Below, one piece after another: positions 61,725-64,000 of a stretch of 64,000 nt of DNA. This DNA comes from Desulfatiglandales bacterium (lineage in GTDB: Bacteria > Desulfobacterota > DSM-4660 > Desulfatiglandales > Desulfatiglandaceae), in contig OY759599.1 of NCBI GenBank assembly GCA_963662465.1, positions 7,200,001 to 7,264,000 of the forward strand, in the 5' to 3' direction. A program made the translations under genes and the position numbers. A model generated the notes under the pieces. That model did not search any database. It was not told the origin of the DNA and saw nothing but the letters and a program-made list of their open reading frames with translations. Position 1 is the first letter of the stretch; each line of letters begins with the position of its first letter.

Positions 61725-62519
61725 TTATATTAACGGCGGTTTGCGATGCGGCCAGGGAATCATGGCTCTCAGCGCCAATCGTGCGTTCAGCATGCTGAGC
61801 CTCACATTATCTTTGAACAGGTGAAAATGGGAAACACGGACGTCATCCGCGGGATAGAAGGTCGAAACATCCACCTCCAGAAGCTCAACCCCCGCCCAGA
61901 TCCCTTTCGCCAAGACTTCATTTTCAAAGGCGTAACGACGTTCACGCAGTTTCAGGGCATTGAGTACCCTGACGGGGTAGCCGCGATAACCACTCTGGGT
62001 ATCTCCCAGTAATCGACCGGTTTCCACCCATAACCAGAAGTTTGAAATGCGGCGCCCGATGCGGTTTCCGGAGGGTACGTAACCGGTTTCAAAATTGCGT
62101 TTGCCCACCACAATGGCATGGGGATGCCGGTTCATGGCGGAAACAAACAAGTGCAAATCATTGGGATCATGCTGTCCATCGGCATCCAGGGTTACCATAT
62201 GGGTGACTCCCAGCTTTTCGGCTTCCCTTGCAGCCGTCAAAATGGCGGCGCCTTTTCCGAAATTCCGGGAATGCCGAACCCTGTGAACATTGAGGTCTAA
62301 AATCGTTTCACCGCCCCCATCGGTGCTGCCGTCGTCCACTACCATGACCGTATCATGCACCTGCAAGGCTTTTTCAACTACCCCCCGTAAAGTTGCGCCA
62401 TGATTATAAACGGGGACAACGATTATTACCCTTAAACAATTGCGGATTGCGGATTGCGGATTGCGGATTGTGGTGCTTTCCATCAGACCATTCCGGTATC
62501 TATTTTCACGGTTTCTCAT
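61725..62519 (-). CDS. Glycosyltransferase family 2
   Basis: VPVYNH, VDDGSTD, NFGKG, DADGQH, DTQSGYR; start uncertain (62519 or 62483). Confidence 0.88.
   Translation of the reverse strand: MRNRENRYRNGLMESTTIRNPQSAIRNCLRVIIVVPVYNHGATLRGVVEKALQVHDTVMVVDDGSTDGGGETILDLNVHRVRHSRNFGKGAAILTAAREAEKLGVTHMVTLDADGQHDPNDLHLFVSAMNRHPHAIVVGKRNFETGYVPSGNRIGRRISNFWLWVETGRLLGDTQSGYRGYPVRVLNALKLRERRYAFENEVLAKGIWAGVELLEVDVSTFYPADDVRVSHFHLFKDNVRLSMLNARLALRAMIPWPHRKPPLI
62439..62470. repeat. Heptamer tandem repeat (ATTGCGG) x4.5 in the GT2 5' coding region
   Basis: Encodes IRNPQSAIRN on the minus strand. Confidence 0.9.
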
Positions 62520-63240
62520 TTTGGTTGCGGTGGTGTATCGCAGCGGTGCAAAAGTGTAGCAATTCCCAGAAACTAGATACTTTTCTTTCGTTAAAAACGA
62601 TTTGTTGCGCTCTGTTAAGATTAAGAGACCCATAGGGTTTAAGGGCAACGCCCGGTTCATTTTGAACCACTACAAACGCTGCACCCGGAATGATGTTTGC
62701 GTTAATGGGAAATTCCGGAGGGCATCCCAGATCACAGACCCCGGCCAACGCGCTTTCAAGTTCGTTGTAATCTATATCTTCCAAAGCGGCATGCACGCTT
62801 GAAAGGCCGGAATCATCCGGTTCATTGATCACATAACCGGGTCCGGTCAGTCCGAAACGGGCGGCCGCTTCCCCAAGAAAACAGTTGGGCAAGGTATATG
62901 AAAACAGCGCTGGGCCGGCAAACGCCCCGTTTTCCAACTGGGTTGTCTCAAAGTAGGCCATGTCCGTATGAAGACACCCATACACAGTAGAGACGACAAT
63001 TCCCACCTCTCTTTTGGCCGTCCATTCATCCATGCCCGCGTCTTTCAGGGCCAACCCGATGGCTGAAACGCCCACCCTGGAAAATTCATCCATCCTGCCG
63101 AAACGGGGATAGGGGGATTTAAAAACGGCTTTGCGAGACATGGACGGCAATTGACCCGGGGTCATATGGCAGTGGGCCTCTTTCCGACCCCGCCCCACGC
63201 TTTCAACTGAAATCCAGCCGACCCCGGTAATGAACGGCAT
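62506..63240 (-). CDS. Beta-ketoacyl synthase N-terminal-domain protein (chain-length-factor-like, no catalytic Cys)
   Basis: FGRMD, PALFSYTLPN, GLTGP; DSG where KS enzymes have AC. Confidence 0.82.
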   Translation of the reverse strand: MPFITGVGWISVESVGRGRKEAHCHMTPGQLPSMSRKAVFKSPYPRFGRMDEFSRVGVSAIGLALKDAGMDEWTAKREVGIVVSTVYGCLHTDMAYFETTQLENGAFAGPALFSYTLPNCFLGEAAARFGLTGPGYVINEPDDSGLSSVHAALEDIDYNELESALAGVCDLGCPPEFPINANIIPGAAFVVVQNEPGVALKPYGSLNLNRAQQIVFNERKVSSFWELLHFCTAAIHHRNQNEKP

Positions 63241-63243
63241 TTT

Positions 63244-64000
63244 TTACTCCCGGCTTTTTTCCAGAATCAGGGCGGCATTGATTCCCCCAAAACCGGAATT
63301 GGTAGACAACAGATAATTTCCGGGCATGACCGCAGGCCTGGAAGAGACCCTTCCCAGCGTATTTTCCGCCCCTTTGGAAAAACCGACTGTGGGGGGGACA
63401 ATGCCTTCGGACAAAACTTTCGTGCCCAATGCCGCCTCGATGCCGCCCGCGGCCCCCATGGTATGCCCGATGGCGCCCTTAATGGCATAAATCGGCAATC
63501 TTCGGTTTCCAAAAATCCGGTCAAACGCCGTCAATTCCATTTGATCGTTGTAAACGGTCCCCGTCCCGTGAGCGCAGACAGCGGAAATAGCTGCCTGTTT
63601 CAACCCGGCCCGCTTAAGCGCTCGTTCCACCGCCGCTGTCAATCCGCACCCATCCGGTGCAGGCGCGGTTACATGGAAGGCGTCAGCGGCCACCCCCCAT
63701 CCCAGGATTGTTCCCAGATGGCGCCGCCCTTCTTTTTTCGCTCGATCTGCCCCCATGAGCAGCACGGACGCAGCGCCTTCACCCAGGGTCAGTCCACTTC
63801 GATCGCTGTCAAAGGGCATGCAGGGGACAGGCGACAGGGCGCCAAGCGCTGAAAACCCGGAAAAAACAAATTCCGTGACCAGGTCCACGCAACATATCAG
63901 CACGCATTCCACCCGACCGGCGGCAATCAACGCGGCTCCTTTCGCCACGGCAATGGCGGAGGAGGCGCAAGCCGCTGAAATGTTGGCGCCCCCGTGGGTT
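63244..64000 (-). CDS. Beta-ketoacyl-ACP synthase (FabF-like), 5' end outside the window
   Basis: ISAACASS (catalytic Cys), GEGA, HGTGT, KGAIGHTMGA, NSGFGG. Confidence 0.92.
   Translation of the reverse strand, partial: THGGANISAACASSAIAVAKGAALIAAGRVECVLICCVDLVTEFVFSGFSALGALSPVPCMPFDSDRSGLTLGEGAASVLLMGADRAKKEGRRHLGTILGWGVAADAFHVTAPAPDGCGLTAAVERALKRAGLKQAAISAVCAHGTGTVYNDQMELTAFDRIFGNRRLPIYAIKGAIGHTMGAAGGIEAALGTKVLSEGIVPPTVGFSKGAENTLGRVSSRPAVMPGNYLLSTNSGFGGINAALILEKSRE

Noticed and set aside
1..64000. CRISPR array, rRNA or tRNA genes
   Set aside because: No repeat-spacer periodicity or recognisable stable RNA gene seen by eye; a covariance search was not possible

Overview
64 kb of a roughly 50% GC anaerobe chromosome; gene content (HdrA/MvhD/MetVF, TRAP-TatT, secreted NiSOD, KS/B12-radical SAM cluster) suggests a sulfate-reducing Desulfobacterota, by inference only. 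Left to right: a two-gene aspartyl-protease module behind a degenerate 59-bp attC-like site; an hdrA-like/mvhD/metV/metF operon preceded by a LipS1-like radical SAM gene; a HepT/MntA TA pair; rimO, polyprenyl synthase, MBL hydrolase, methyltransferase. Then a type III R-M operon broken by five lesions that can each be removed to restore the frame exactly: a three-level nest (MITE > IS1634-like > IS91-like) and a 116-bp duplication in res, and an IS5/IS1182-like element in mod. Next come secA-argJ-manC-pmm and an M23 peptidase, then an 8 kb defence-like block bracketed by two inverted 593-aa ATPase/PD-(D/E)xK paralogs (enclosing MazEF-like, AbiEii-like, HAD and caspase genes). After that: a TRAP-TatT transporter, rmlD-like, DnaJ-domain gene, frameshifted old yellow enzyme, CDF, sodN, arfB, and a 7.3 kb integrase-less island bounded by a ~58-bp direct repeat of the arfB 3' end that carries two paralogous ~1000-aa secreted proteins and a collapsed LytS/LytTR system. 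The window ends in a KS/GT2/B12-radical SAM lipid cluster. No rRNA, tRNA or CRISPR array was recognised. All family calls come from motif reading, not database searches.
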